Part shown: one piece after another, positions 47,286 through 57,208 of the stretch
Layout: each line of letters begins with the position of its first letter
How positions within the stretch are numbered: the first letter of the stretch is position 1
NCBI GenBank assembly: GCA_964345445.1
Contig: CAYFQT010000001.1
Span: forward strand, 1-62,507
Reading direction: 5' to 3'
Length of the DNA stretch: 62,507 nt
DNA from: an uncultured Candidatus Saccharibacteria bacterium
Lineage (GTDB): Bacteria; Patescibacteriota; CPR2_A; CAYFQT01
Position numbers and translations under genes: made by a program
The notes under the pieces: generated by a model
Database searches by the model: none
The model's input: the letters and a program-made list of their open reading frames with translations, nothing else
Told to the model about the DNA's origin: nothing

Positions 47286-47421
47286 CTGCTTTTGCTGTAG
47301 TCAAGATTGTCTCTCATTTGTAATAATAAACTAACAAGCTTGATATTTATGCTTGAATAGATAATTATTATATGTTACTATTAATTACCAGTAATTACTA
47401 AATTTTAGGAGAAAATTTATT

Positions 47422-47766
47422 ATGCCTATAATCAAGTCCGCAAAAAAAAGAGTAAAAGTTACTAAAAGAAAAACAGCTTATAATAAAGCTATAAAAGAAA
47501 AAATTAAATCTGCTTTAGGTGAAGCTCGAAAACAAATAGATAAGAACCCTGAATCTAAAAAAATTGAAGAATTAATCAAAAAGACTATAAGAGAATTAGA
47601 CAAAGCAGTCTCTCGCGGTGTAATTCACAAAAATACCGCTGCCCGAAAGAAATCTAGGCTGATGAAAAAATTACATAAAGCTTTAGCTTCTCCGAAAAAA
47701 ACAGAGGGGAAAAAGACAGAAAAGAAAACTGAAGTCAAAAAAGCTGAAAAAGGAAAGAAGAAATAA
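47422..47766 (+). CDS. rpsT: 30S ribosomal protein S20 with a Lys-rich tail
   Basis: MP.IKSAKKR, DKA...GVIHKN.AAR.KSRL motifs. Confidence 0.95.
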   Translation: MPIIKSAKKRVKVTKRKTAYNKAIKEKIKSALGEARKQIDKNPESKKIEELIKKTIRELDKAVSRGVIHKNTAARKKSRLMKKLHKALASPKKTEGKKTEKKTEVKKAEKGKKK

Positions 47767-47820
47767 AAAATAGAGGGAGTTGACATTTTGTCTTCAGTTT
47801 CAGGCTTACTCCCTCAAAAA
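47767..47820. terminator. Terminator-like hairpin after rpsT
   Basis: GAGGGAGT/ACTCCCTC stem flanked by A runs. Confidence 0.5.
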
Positions 47821-48114
47821 AGCCTCCAGTTTTTTACTTATTAACAGAATGCTTTAATCACCCCTTCAGATAATGGCCAATAAAAAAATCAAAATACTTA
47901 CTGATTTTTATTCTTTCTTTTTCTTCTCTCTCGCTTTTTCCTTTTCTTACTACTGCTAAATTTCTTCCCTTTGCCGTTTTTCCTGCCCAATCTTCCACCC
48001 CCAATATCTTTTTAACATCCTGTTTTTTAATTAAAAAATAACAAAGGATTGTATTATACTAAAAAAATAACCCTTATGTCAAGGGTTTTTTAATATGCTA
48101 ATCGCTAAGTGCTA

Positions 48115-49098
48115 TTAACTACTTCTGCACAGCTCAGCTACCAATAAATCCAAAGCTAAGCGAGGCTGCAATTTTCCGGTTTTTATTGCTTTATCAGCAT
48201 ACAGAAGTTTGCTATAAATTTCTTCTAATTCACCTTCAGTAAAATTTTTCGATTGAGGAATGGTTTTAGAAACTACATAAGGATGGATATTTGTCTGTTT
48301 GGCAATTTGGAATTTATTTAATTTTTTTTCAGTCAAATCTTTGACTATAAGAAGATTGCGAAATTGATAAGTAATCATAGATAATAAATATCCTTCAGTC
48401 TCACCACTAGTTAATAAATCATCTACTAATTCAGTAGTTTTTTTAGTATCTTTTTCTCCTAAAGCATCAACCATCTCAAAAATATTAGTATTCAATTTAG
48501 CTTTAACTAAAAGTTCAACATCAGAAACACAAATAATAGAATTGGAACTTCTCTGCCCTTTGTCATTTGTACCTTGTACTTTGTAAGAAACCAACTTACT
48601 GATTTCATTAGCCATCTGCCACAAGTCCGATCCTACATAAGAAGCTAATCTGGCTACAGCTTCTTTTTCAATCTTCCCACCTAATTTTTTAACCTCTTGT
48701 TCAATCCAATTATTTAACTTTATTCCTACCAGAAGTTCAAACTCTTGGGCTCTGCTTATTTTTCTTAATTCTTTAAAAAGTTTACCTTTTTTCTTGACGC
48801 CACCTTTCTCCCAGAAAATTAAAACAGTAGTCTCCGGGATACTATGTAAATATTCTGCTACTTCCTCCTGTAATTTCTGCTTGTTACTATTTAACAAATC
48901 TTTAATTATCACTAAACGTTTATTAGCTAAAAAAGGCATAGTCTCAACAGCCTTAGCAATTTTATCAAAATCAACTTCATTTGCATAAAGTATACAAATA
49001 TTAGTGCCTGCCTGATCAGAATTTAGGTACTTTTTTTTAATACCCTTTATTTTTTTATGAGATCTATAAGTATCTTCACCATATAAAAATAGAATCAT
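48115..49098 (-). CDS. holA: DNA polymerase III subunit delta
   Basis: LYGED.Y, .PFLA.KRLVII, G.DL....NEI.KL, IF...DA and L...D..IKTG motifs; next to rpsT. Confidence 0.9.
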   Translation of the reverse strand: MILFLYGEDTYRSHKKIKGIKKKYLNSDQAGTNICILYANEVDFDKIAKAVETMPFLANKRLVIIKDLLNSNKQKLQEEVAEYLHSIPETTVLIFWEKGGVKKKGKLFKELRKISRAQEFELLVGIKLNNWIEQEVKKLGGKIEKEAVARLASYVGSDLWQMANEISKLVSYKVQGTNDKGQRSSNSIICVSDVELLVKAKLNTNIFEMVDALGEKDTKKTTELVDDLLTSGETEGYLLSMITYQFRNLLIVKDLTEKKLNKFQIAKQTNIHPYVVSKTIPQSKNFTEGELEEIYSKLLYADKAIKTGKLQPRLALDLLVAELCRSS

Positions 49099-49212
49099 AG
49101 ATAGTCCAGTTTTAAAATTCTAGTTAATTTTTTATACAACCCCTTAACTTTGACACTTCTGCTACCTCTATCATTTTTTAATAATTACTAATTCCCTATT
49201 CCTCATTCCTTA

Positions 49213-50103
49213 TTACTTTCTTTGGCATTTAGGACAAAAATGGGCAGAACGACCACCAATTTTAATTCTTTTAATTTTTCCTCCACATTCTATACAAGGT
49301 TGCCCTTCTCTTCTGTAAACTTTTTTTACCTCTTGATATTTTCCCTTCCTACCCTCTGTATCCCTATAATCAGATACACTATTACCTCGAAGTTCAATAC
49401 CCCTTTTTAAAACATTGCCAATTTCTTGGTATAATTTTTTAAGTTTATTTTCTGGAATATTTTCTGTCTTTTGTTTAGGATGAATTTTAGCTTCAAAAAG
49501 AATTTCATCAGAATAAATATTGCCAATTCCTGCTAAAACCTTTTGATCCATCAAGACCTGTTTAATATTTCCTTTCTGATTTGATAATGCCTTTTTAAAT
49601 TTTTCATAAGTAGAATCTTTAGATAAAGGCTCAAGGCCATAGGAAGCTAAATATTCTGGAATTTTTTCTGTATTTACTAATCTAATTTCTGCAAATTTCC
49701 GCAAATCACTAAGCATCAAGTTTTTATTCTTATCTAATTGAAAACTTAAATGTACAAATTGATTCATTTTATCAGATGCTATAGGATCATCCTCTGGGCA
49801 CTGAGCATTTTTAATTTTCCTAAGTTTCCCTCTTTTAAATTCCCAACAAGAAGAAACCAAAAGATGTCCAGTCATTTTTAAATGAATAAGCAAGGTTTTT
49901 GAAGCAGAAAGATTAATAATAATATTTTTAGCTCGCCTTTTAATATCCTCAATTATTGATCCAGAAATCTCTTCCTTAAATTTTCTAAAGGAAGGTTCAC
50001 GAATTAAATTTTCCCAATCACAGATAACATCAAGAATTTTATGGCCCATCACTTTTTGTCTTAGGTCATCTACAATTGTTTGTACTTCAGGCAACTCCGG
50101 CAT
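49213..50103 (-). CDS. mutM: Formamidopyrimidine-DNA glycosylase
   Basis: MPELPEV start, HLKMTG, D.RKF, GIGNIY.DE and a C-terminal Zn finger (C..CG...R.A.FCP.CQ). Confidence 0.96.
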   Translation of the reverse strand: MPELPEVQTIVDDLRQKVMGHKILDVICDWENLIREPSFRKFKEEISGSIIEDIKRRAKNIIINLSASKTLLIHLKMTGHLLVSSCWEFKRGKLRKIKNAQCPEDDPIASDKMNQFVHLSFQLDKNKNLMLSDLRKFAEIRLVNTEKIPEYLASYGLEPLSKDSTYEKFKKALSNQKGNIKQVLMDQKVLAGIGNIYSDEILFEAKIHPKQKTENIPENKLKKLYQEIGNVLKRGIELRGNSVSDYRDTEGRKGKYQEVKKVYRREGQPCIECGGKIKRIKIGGRSAHFCPKCQRK

Positions 50104-50116
50104 AGCGCCCTCCGGC

Positions 50117-50190
50117 GAATTCAAAATTAAAAAGTAAAAAAATGAAAAATAAGATATTTTTGGATATTTGATTTGTATTTTGATATTTGT
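50117..50190. repeat. Heptad-periodic element (copy E) in the mutM leader
   Basis: Minus strand ACAAATATCAAAATACAAATCAAATATC resembles copy B; followed by a CGCC-GGAG-GGCG hairpin. Confidence 0.55.
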
Positions 50191-50221
50191 AAAATCTCTG
50201 ATTTTCGCAACTATTTGATAT

Positions 50222-50875
50222 TTAATCTTTCATCCAAGGTCTTTCAGGATGTTGACTTAAAATATATTGAAAGCGGTCAATTGTCTCTCCTGTTGCTTCA
50301 TTAAACAATGGGGTGCCCCCAGCATAAATTGTATCTTTTGGATCACCATATTCATTTAAATCACTTTGCAAAATCCAAGCTTCAATTTCCTCCTTTTCTT
50401 CTTTAGTAACCTCTTTCCCGTTCTTTTTTTCTAAAACTTTAAATTTAACTTTGGGTTTTATAGGATTCCTATCTCCTTCTGGATAAATTTTAAGTTCATA
50501 ATCACCTACTGGCCAATAAATAGTATTAATCCCATTCTTGCTCAATTTGAAAGAAAAATAATTATTGGGGTATTGGTTTGCAGAAATCTCTTTCGTTTTG
50601 GGATAATTTCCAAAATTTTGACCATTCCACCTTAACTCTATTTTAACTATTGTTTTTGTTATATGAGCTATTCGACCAGAAACAAAAATATCTGTTTTCT
50701 CATCATAAAAAGTATCTGTTGGATTAACTGGTTTATTGTCTTCAGTCACAGAAGTAGATATAGAAAGCTCGGTAATCTCAGGGCTAGAATGTCGATAAAT
50801 TTGCAAAAATATAAAAGCACCTACTATAAAAATCACAAAAAATATTATTGAAATAATCCATTTTTTCTTTTTCAT
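50222..50875 (-). CDS. Membrane-anchored hypothetical protein (beta-rich domain plus a small C-terminal GGTPLF module)
   Basis: N-terminal TM helix; C-terminal LNEYGDP..T.YAGGTPLFNE. Confidence 0.65.
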   Translation of the reverse strand: MKKKKWIISIIFFVIFIVGAFIFLQIYRHSSPEITELSISTSVTEDNKPVNPTDTFYDEKTDIFVSGRIAHITKTIVKIELRWNGQNFGNYPKTKEISANQYPNNYFSFKLSKNGINTIYWPVGDYELKIYPEGDRNPIKPKVKFKVLEKKNGKEVTKEEKEEIEAWILQSDLNEYGDPKDTIYAGGTPLFNEATGETIDRFQYILSQHPERPWMKD

Positions 50876-51402
50876 CTTCTACTCGCCTTAGAAATTGAAA
50901 ACTTAAATATTTTTTTGATGTTTATCTCTAACCCTGTTGCTTTTTCTGCTAATGCAACAATATCACTTAAGAACAAAAAAGAAACTCCAAAAAACCATAA
51001 AATTTTATCTACTGTCTGACTTGTAAATATAACTTTAGCTTTTTCATCCCATATTGGATCAGCCCAAATATCTTTTAAGTCTTTTACTAAATTCAAAGAT
51101 ATAGAGGGCCCAGAAAAATGTAAAGTCAATCCTATAAAAACTATCCCGTAGGCTAAAATTAAAATATTAGCTGGGAGATGATGATGAGTAACAAGAAGAA
51201 AATATAAACCTACTATTATATAAGGAGTAAATAAAAAAACAACCAAAGGATGTGATTTATAAAAAAGAGGAAAAATTGCTGCCAATATTATTAGCAAACC
51301 AATTATTTTTATCATCCAATAACTAACTTTAGGCAGTTTTGATTTATCTATGGTTTGACTTTTTTTAGTCTTCTTGTGAGCTTTTTGGTTAATTTTTGTC
51401 AT
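50872..51402 (-). CDS. Hypothetical protein with four TM helices
   Basis: Start moved to ATG 51402 because the longer ORF-track start overlaps a terminator and a small ORF. Confidence 0.6.
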   Translation of the reverse strand: MTKINQKAHKKTKKSQTIDKSKLPKVSYWMIKIIGLLIILAAIFPLFYKSHPLVVFLFTPYIIVGLYFLLVTHHHLPANILILAYGIVFIGLTLHFSGPSISLNLVKDLKDIWADPIWDEKAKVIFTSQTVDKILWFFGVSFLFLSDIVALAEKATGLEINIKKIFKFSISKASRR

Positions 51403-51423
51403 CTTTTCATTAGAATGATACAC

Positions 51424-51448
51424 TAGTCCCCGCATAATGCGGGGACTA
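51424..51448 (-). terminator. Strong hairpin after the small ORF
   Basis: TAGTCCCCGC-ATAAT-GCGGGGACTA. Confidence 0.65.
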
Positions 51449-51472
51449 AATTGATGACAGATATTCAAGGTA

Positions 51473-51565
51473 TTACTGCTTTTTCCTCTGGGTAATAAGA
51501 ATCCATAATAAAGCAACAATTACAACGATGGCCAAAACCCACCAATACCAAGCAATTCCTAACAT
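51473..51565 (-). CDS. 30-aa single-TM peptide missed by the ORF track
   Basis: MLGIAWYWWVLAIVVIVALLWILITQRKKQ*; AAAGGAGG 7 nt upstream and a hairpin downstream. Confidence 0.7.
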   Translation of the reverse strand: MLGIAWYWWVLAIVVIVALLWILITQRKKQ

Positions 51566-51800
51566 AATAATACCTCCTTTTTTTACCTCATAGTTTTAAA
51601 ATAAATGAGGCGTTAATTAATAAATAAATACTATTATAAAGAACTTTCTTTACTGCATTCACAGAACCTTGTAATTCTAGCTTTGCTTAAATTATATCTT
51701 AATTTTTCGCTTTGCTTAAATTATAGAGTAAATAAACAAAAATTTCAAATCATTTCTAATTATTACACATTCTAAGACTATTATTGTTTTTTTTATCTCT

Positions 51801-52859
51801 TTAAACCCTCAAAGCTATTTTTCTTCTGCCTAAAAAAACAAATAAGACAAAAAAGACATCAAAGGAAAATAGTATGAGAATATCACTCCAAACATCCCCA
51901 AACTCTGCTGAGTGTTGGGTAATTTCTATAATAGGATTAAACAGATAATAAGTAGGGAATAGCTTACTTACCCAATCTGGCACTTGGGGGAAGAAATATA
52001 AAAGTGCAGGAAGAGCAACTAGAAAACCCAGAAGTTTTATATAAGTCCAAGCTGTAGTTAAATCCTTAGATAACAATCCAATAATCAAACCAAATTCAAC
52101 AGAAAAAATTGCACCCAGTATCATAAAAATAACTAACAGCCATATATTACCAATAAAAACCTGATTTATAACAAGAATCACAATCCCCATAATAAAGCTT
52201 GTTAGGAAACCGACAACTGCCTTTGCTGAAATCAACTCACCCAAAGTCGCCGGGGTAATAGTTACTGCCGATACAGTCCTATTTTCCACTTCATCAACAA
52301 TAAGAGCTGCTGGGAGTGTACAACCTCCAATAAGGATAGCATACATTATAAGAAGCGGAATAATTTTGATTTTTATAGGAAGCTCAACATCTTCACCTAA
52401 AGATATTTCAACTATATCGATTGGCAGCTTGTGACCTACTTCTTCTCGCAGGAGACCTGCTAAAGATGTAGCCAGAGTAATCCTATTGGAAGCAAGGCTC
52501 TCTCCTCCAATATAGATTTTAACTCTTGGAAGTTCATTACTTTTTAATTTTTCATCAAAATCTTGGGGCAAAACCAATCCTCCGTCAATTGCTCCACTTT
52601 CCACTCTTTCCCTAAGCTGCTCTTCATCTTCTACTTTTTTCATCACTACTGATTCTAAATTTTCGATTTTGGCAGCAATTTCAGAATGCCCTTTATCGAT
52701 AACTGCAAAAGTAGGTTTCCCAACAAAAAGTTTTCCAAAGATCAAATTAACCATTAAAGTCATTAGTATTGGTATGATTACCGCAAGAATAAAAAATGTT
52801 TTCCCTAAACCACCAGAGAAATCTTTACGTATAATAGCTAAAATTCTTTTTATGTTCAT
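51801..52859 (-). CDS. ABC-2 family permease
   Basis: N-terminal TM helix, extracytoplasmic domain, E.E..T..A....P motif and five further TM helices. Confidence 0.85.
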   Translation of the reverse strand: MNIKRILAIIRKDFSGGLGKTFFILAVIIPILMTLMVNLIFGKLFVGKPTFAVIDKGHSEIAAKIENLESVVMKKVEDEEQLRERVESGAIDGGLVLPQDFDEKLKSNELPRVKIYIGGESLASNRITLATSLAGLLREEVGHKLPIDIVEISLGEDVELPIKIKIIPLLIMYAILIGGCTLPAALIVDEVENRTVSAVTITPATLGELISAKAVVGFLTSFIMGIVILVINQVFIGNIWLLVIFMILGAIFSVEFGLIIGLLSKDLTTAWTYIKLLGFLVALPALLYFFPQVPDWVSKLFPTYYLFNPIIEITQHSAEFGDVWSDILILFSFDVFFVLFVFLGRRKIALRV

Positions 52860-53893
52860 CTAAATTTCCTCCTTAGGAGTAATATGCCTAATGGAAAGAC
52901 AGCTATATTAAAAGCAATTAGGATAACTATATTTTTCCAAAAAGCAGTAAAACTTTCTCCATATGTCACCACCTGATCAAAAATCTCCACTAGATAGTAC
53001 GAAGGAAATAACCTAACCCAAAAAGATGCAGAACCGGGGAACATTACTGCAACCGCAGGAATTATTAGAAAAATAGCCGCCAAAATTGCATATCCAGTCA
53101 CGCTTATTATATCTTTGGAAAAAGTTGCAATCACAAAAGCAATTCCAGTTACCATTATAGCCCCTAATAATAAAGTGGCTAAAATAACAAGAACATTATT
53201 CTCAAAAACTCTAAGTAGTAAAGATAAAACAACTGCTTCAGATGTAGCTAAAAATGTTCCTACAATACCTTTTGCAATAATCACATCGCTTGCACTGGCT
53301 GGGGTTATAAGAATTGCTTCCATAGTTTTGTTTGCATTCTCTTCTGTTATAAGATTAGCTAGTGCCCAAAGCTCCATAAATAAAAGAAGTATAATAAATA
53401 CAGGTCTGAGTCTTTCTCTGGGCGGAATTTGTTCTCCTGCCCGATCTCTTCCTAAAACTTCTGCATCAACTTCAACTGGCAACTCTTGTCTAGTTAAAGT
53501 AAAAGCAGACTCTTTAAGAATAAGCTCAACTGCCTTTTTTACATCTTGCGAGGCATCTGAAGGATAATAAACTTTAACTTCTGGTTTCTCCCCCTTGCCC
53601 AATTTTTCTTCAAAATCTTCTGGCACTACAATTCCGGCATTAAAATCACCTTTATCCACTTTTTCTCTTAATTCATCAACTGACTGGAATGACCTAATTT
53701 CAACACCTTTTTCACTCTCAGTACTTTGTTCTATAAGATCTCCATACTTAGGTGCATATAGTGCTATATCAAAAGTCTCATCAATGGTTTTAGGCATAAC
53801 ATAAAAAAGTACAGCATAGGCAACAATGCTCAAAATTGTCATTGTAGCAACAAACTTATTGGTAAATATTTGGTTGATATCTTTAGCCATCAA
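52856..53893 (-). CDS. ABC-2 family permease
   Basis: Paralog of the adjacent permease (EENANKTMEAILITP). Confidence 0.85.
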   Translation of the reverse strand: MMAKDINQIFTNKFVATMTILSIVAYAVLFYVMPKTIDETFDIALYAPKYGDLIEQSTESEKGVEIRSFQSVDELREKVDKGDFNAGIVVPEDFEEKLGKGEKPEVKVYYPSDASQDVKKAVELILKESAFTLTRQELPVEVDAEVLGRDRAGEQIPPRERLRPVFIILLLFMELWALANLITEENANKTMEAILITPASASDVIIAKGIVGTFLATSEAVVLSLLLRVFENNVLVILATLLLGAIMVTGIAFVIATFSKDIISVTGYAILAAIFLIIPAVAVMFPGSASFWVRLFPSYYLVEIFDQVVTYGESFTAFWKNIVILIAFNIAVFPLGILLLRRKFR

Positions 53894-53916
53894 ACCTTTT
53901 ATGATTGTTGTTCTTT

Positions 53917-54774
53917 TTATTGAAGCCCCCTTCCTGTAATCTTTATAAAAATCTCTTCTAGGCTAGCTTCTGCAGTATGGACCGTCACTACATTATCCTT
54001 GGCAAATATATTAGTTATATCACGAGTTGTTTTTTTCTCATCTAAAGGAAGTTCTTCCTCAACTATTTTATCTCCCCTTCTTACTCTCACTTTTAAAGCC
54101 CGCTTTCCGAATTTTTGCTTTAAATTTTCAGGAGTATCAATTGCAGCAATTTTTCCTTCATTTAAAAAAGCAATTCTATCGGAAAGTTTATCAGCTTCCA
54201 TCATTTCATGAGTTGTCAAAAATACAGTTACTCCCTTATTCCTTTCTTCTAAAATAACCTTTCTAATGGCTTTAGAAGATACTGGATCAAGACCATCTGT
54301 AGGCTCATCCAAGAATAAAATTTTGGGTTTGTTGACTAAAGCTCGAGCAACCATAAGGCGTTGTTTCATGCCTTTGGAGTAACCCTCAACCTTATCCTTT
54401 TCTCTCCCCTCCAGGCCAACTCGCCTGAGAAGAGGGTAAGGATCAAATTTTCTAATCCCAAAAAGTTTAGCGAAGAACTTCAAATTGTCTGCTGCGCTCA
54501 TTCGTTCATACAGATTCTTTTCTTCAAAAACGACTCCAATTAGACCCTGAAGATATTCTCTATTTTTAGTTATATCTTTGTCCAATATTATAGCCTGGCC
54601 TTCTTTAGGAACAAATTGGCCAGTAAGTATTTTGACAGTAGTTGTTTTCCCAGCACCATTAGGGCCCAAAAAACCTAAAATTTCTCTTTTTGCCACCTCA
54701 AAATTTATGTGATCTACAGCTGTAAGATCACCATAAGTATAAGTTAAATTTTTTGCCACAATTGCTTTTTCCAT
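53917..54774 (-). CDS. ABC transporter ATP-binding protein
   Basis: GPNGAGKTT, YSKGMKQR, LDEPT.GLDP and TTH motifs. Confidence 0.93.
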   Translation of the reverse strand: MEKAIVAKNLTYTYGDLTAVDHINFEVAKREILGFLGPNGAGKTTTVKILTGQFVPKEGQAIILDKDITKNREYLQGLIGVVFEEKNLYERMSAADNLKFFAKLFGIRKFDPYPLLRRVGLEGREKDKVEGYSKGMKQRLMVARALVNKPKILFLDEPTDGLDPVSSKAIRKVILEERNKGVTVFLTTHEMMEADKLSDRIAFLNEGKIAAIDTPENLKQKFGKRALKVRVRRGDKIVEEELPLDEKKTTRDITNIFAKDNVVTVHTAEASLEEIFIKITGRGLQ

Positions 54775-54840
54775 AATCACTCCTATTTCCTCCGATGACT
54801 ATCGGAGGAACTGGCCGTCCCCCGATGGAAATCAGGGGAA
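54775..54840 (-). promoter_or_regulatory. Two-hairpin motif upstream of the ABC ATPase (shared with ssb), overlapping the end of the radical SAM gene
   Basis: Minus strand TTCCC-hairpin-GGGACGGCCAGTTC-CTCCGA..TCGGAGGAAATAGGAG-5nt-ATG. Confidence 0.6.
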
Positions 54841-55940
54841 TAAGCCTTTCTGATTATTTTTTCTATTTCACAAGATAGTTTTTCACCTACTCCTTTGATT
54901 TTTTTAACTCCTGCGAGTCCTTCTTTATTATAAACCTCTTTTATATCATCTTTCAAATTATCTATAGATTGACCAGCTTTGTTATAGGCTGCAACTTGAT
55001 AAAAAGAAGCACCAGAAGAAAATAAATCTTTACCTTTGACATATAACTTCTCTGCCACTTTGTAATTATTAATGATTTTATATTTAGGAATCCAGCGGGG
55101 AATATAGTTGAAAAGACGGTATTTCTGACATAATTGATCAATTTTTTTATTCAACTCAGCAAAGTAAGAAGATGCAGTAGAACCTATGCCCCAACGACCA
55201 GCTGAAGCATACAACTTTTTATATTTTGTAATAGTCTTTGGGAAATATTTTTCTAAGACTTTATAATATCTTTTTTGAAATGGTGGATTAAAAGTCAATC
55301 CCCCAAAAAGAATATATTTCCCACCATATTCTTTGACTTTTTTTATTGTCGCCTCTAAACTTTTATCATCGTCAGTTATAAATGGCAAAACAGGCATATA
55401 AGTTGCACCAGATAATATACCCTCAGATGTAATTTTACTCATAGCTTTAAGTCTTTCAGAAGGCAATGGGGCATGAGGTTCAAAAATTTTGGCTTTCCTA
55501 TCATCTGTTGTAGAAAAAGAAAAGGAGACACAACTACCCCAAGGTCCAACACCACAAGCTTCCCTGTTAATCTTTTTTAATAAATCTAAATCTCGGATAA
55601 TAATAGTGGACTTCTCTATTCCATGGAAAGGAAAGCCAAAATCCAAAATAACTTCTAGACATTTTCTGATTAATTTATATTTCGCTTCCGAAGGCTGATA
55701 ATCACCAACAGTTATTACATCAATAGGTTTGCCTGCGAGTTCCTTTCTCAAAAGATCAGGGGCATTTTCTTTAATTTTAATATCAGTATTTTTTCTCCCA
55801 AATGTTTGATTATAGCAATAGACACAATCATGCTCACAACCAACATAGGGATAGGCAGCATATTTACACCAAAACCAACCATAGTCTGGTTGTTTTCGAA
55901 CTATTAAAATTTTTTTCGCTTTGTACTTTAAATAATTCAT
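54783..55940 (-). CDS. SPL/Rv2578c-like radical SAM protein with a C-terminal HhH (PolX 8-kDa-like) domain
   Basis: PYVGCEHDCVYCY (CxxxCxxC), D.YQP.E and EP.AP.P..R motifs; C-terminal AY.KA...I..L....IKGVGEK. Confidence 0.8.
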   Translation of the reverse strand: MNYLKYKAKKILIVRKQPDYGWFWCKYAAYPYVGCEHDCVYCYNQTFGRKNTDIKIKENAPDLLRKELAGKPIDVITVGDYQPSEAKYKLIRKCLEVILDFGFPFHGIEKSTIIIRDLDLLKKINREACGVGPWGSCVSFSFSTTDDRKAKIFEPHAPLPSERLKAMSKITSEGILSGATYMPVLPFITDDDKSLEATIKKVKEYGGKYILFGGLTFNPPFQKRYYKVLEKYFPKTITKYKKLYASAGRWGIGSTASSYFAELNKKIDQLCQKYRLFNYIPRWIPKYKIINNYKVAEKLYVKGKDLFSSGASFYQVAAYNKAGQSIDNLKDDIKEVYNKEGLAGVKKIKGVGEKLSCEIEKIIRKAYSPDFHRGTASSSDSHRRK

Positions 55941-56022
55941 TCATACCCTCTTTCATTATATAGCAAAATATAGCAGACCTTAAGATGATATATTATTTAA
56001 ACTTTGTTATAATAACAGTGTT

Positions 56023-57138
56023 ATGAGTTTTTTAACTTTAATCTTCAAAAATATCTGGCGAAATAAAATCCGAACGATTTTAACTGTCTTGGGAATTTCC
56101 ATTGGTATTGCCACTATTGTAACTTTGGGAGTTATTACTGCTGGACTGAAAGATATGGTTTCCCAAGCTATCTCTGGAGGTAATGTTGATTTTACTGTTG
56201 CCCAAACAGGCGCAGCTGATGTAGTCTTAAGTTATATATCCGATGAACAATTAGAAAAGATTGAAAAGACTGAGGGGGTAGATAAAGCAGCTGGTTTTGT
56301 CTTTGGTCTCACCCAAATACCTGGCAACCCCTATTTTATAATGGGGGGAATTAAAGCTAGTGATATAGAAATTACTAATGCCAAAATTATTGAGGGAAGA
56401 AATTTTGAAGATGACAGAGATGAAGTAATCTTAGGCAAAATTACTTCCAAAAATCTCAACAAAAAAGTAGGAGACGAGATAGAATTTAATCAAAAGAAAT
56501 TTAAGATTGTGGGTGTCTATGAATCGGGCATCACTTATCAAGACGGCGGGTCAATGGCTCCAGTTAAAATATCTCAGGATTTACTTAACCTGCAAGGAAA
56601 AGTGAATATGGCTCTAGTAAGAGTGAAGGAAGGATTTAAAGTTGAAGAAGTAGCCCAGAAAGTCGAAGATCAATTTGGTGGTGAGTTAACTTCAATAAAG
56701 GATTTAGAAGATTTAAGTTCTATTGATCAGGGGATGGAAATTATTGATGCTACTACCTGGGCTATTTCTCTCCTGGCTATTATAATTGGAGGAATTGGCG
56801 TAATGAATACAATTATGATGAGCGTATTTGAACGAACCAGAGAAATTGGAATTTTGCGAGCTTTGGGCTGGAAAAAAAGAAGGGTGATTGCTTTAATTTT
56901 AAGCGAATCTCTTTTAATTGGTATTCTAGCCATAATCTTTGGAATATTAGCTGGGCTTGTCGTAATCTGGATAATTATGCAAACTAAAATTGTTCAGAGC
57001 TATCTTTCCCCCCAATATCCTCTTTTAGTCTTTGAACAAGCAGCTACTGTGGGAATCCTGGTCAGTTTGGTTGGTGGATTATATCCAGCTCTAAGAGCGG
57101 CAAATTTTTCACCACTAGAGGCACTCCGTTACGAATAA
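56023..57138 (+). CDS. ABC transporter permease (MacB/FtsX-like)
   Basis: RNKIRT.LT.LGI.IG, GGIGVMN.....V.ERTREIG..RALG and PA.RAA...P.EALRYE motifs. Confidence 0.9.
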   Translation: MSFLTLIFKNIWRNKIRTILTVLGISIGIATIVTLGVITAGLKDMVSQAISGGNVDFTVAQTGAADVVLSYISDEQLEKIEKTEGVDKAAGFVFGLTQIPGNPYFIMGGIKASDIEITNAKIIEGRNFEDDRDEVILGKITSKNLNKKVGDEIEFNQKKFKIVGVYESGITYQDGGSMAPVKISQDLLNLQGKVNMALVRVKEGFKVEEVAQKVEDQFGGELTSIKDLEDLSSIDQGMEIIDATTWAISLLAIIIGGIGVMNTIMMSVFERTREIGILRALGWKKRRVIALILSESLLIGILAIIFGILAGLVVIWIIMQTKIVQSYLSPQYPLLVFEQAATVGILVSLVGGLYPALRAANFSPLEALRYE

Positions 57139-57208
57139 ATATTAAAATAATTCTCGTGTTTAATTATCACCTGCGGTAAAATTCTTTTGTAAAAAAAGGA
57201 GTTCGTGT

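Noticed and set aside
46874-47317. Antisense ORFs of 60-150 aa in the ORF track (also 5789-6076, 17949-18281, 53115-53567, 57160-57480 and others)
   Set aside because: They are shadows of well-supported genes on the opposite strand.
47830-48082. Leftward promoter-like site (TTGACA-18-TATAAT) with a 20-aa ORF (47956-48018) and a start-less purine-rich frame
   Set aside because: The RBS is weak and there is no recognisable homology, so a gene or RNA cannot be supported. It may be a decayed remnant.
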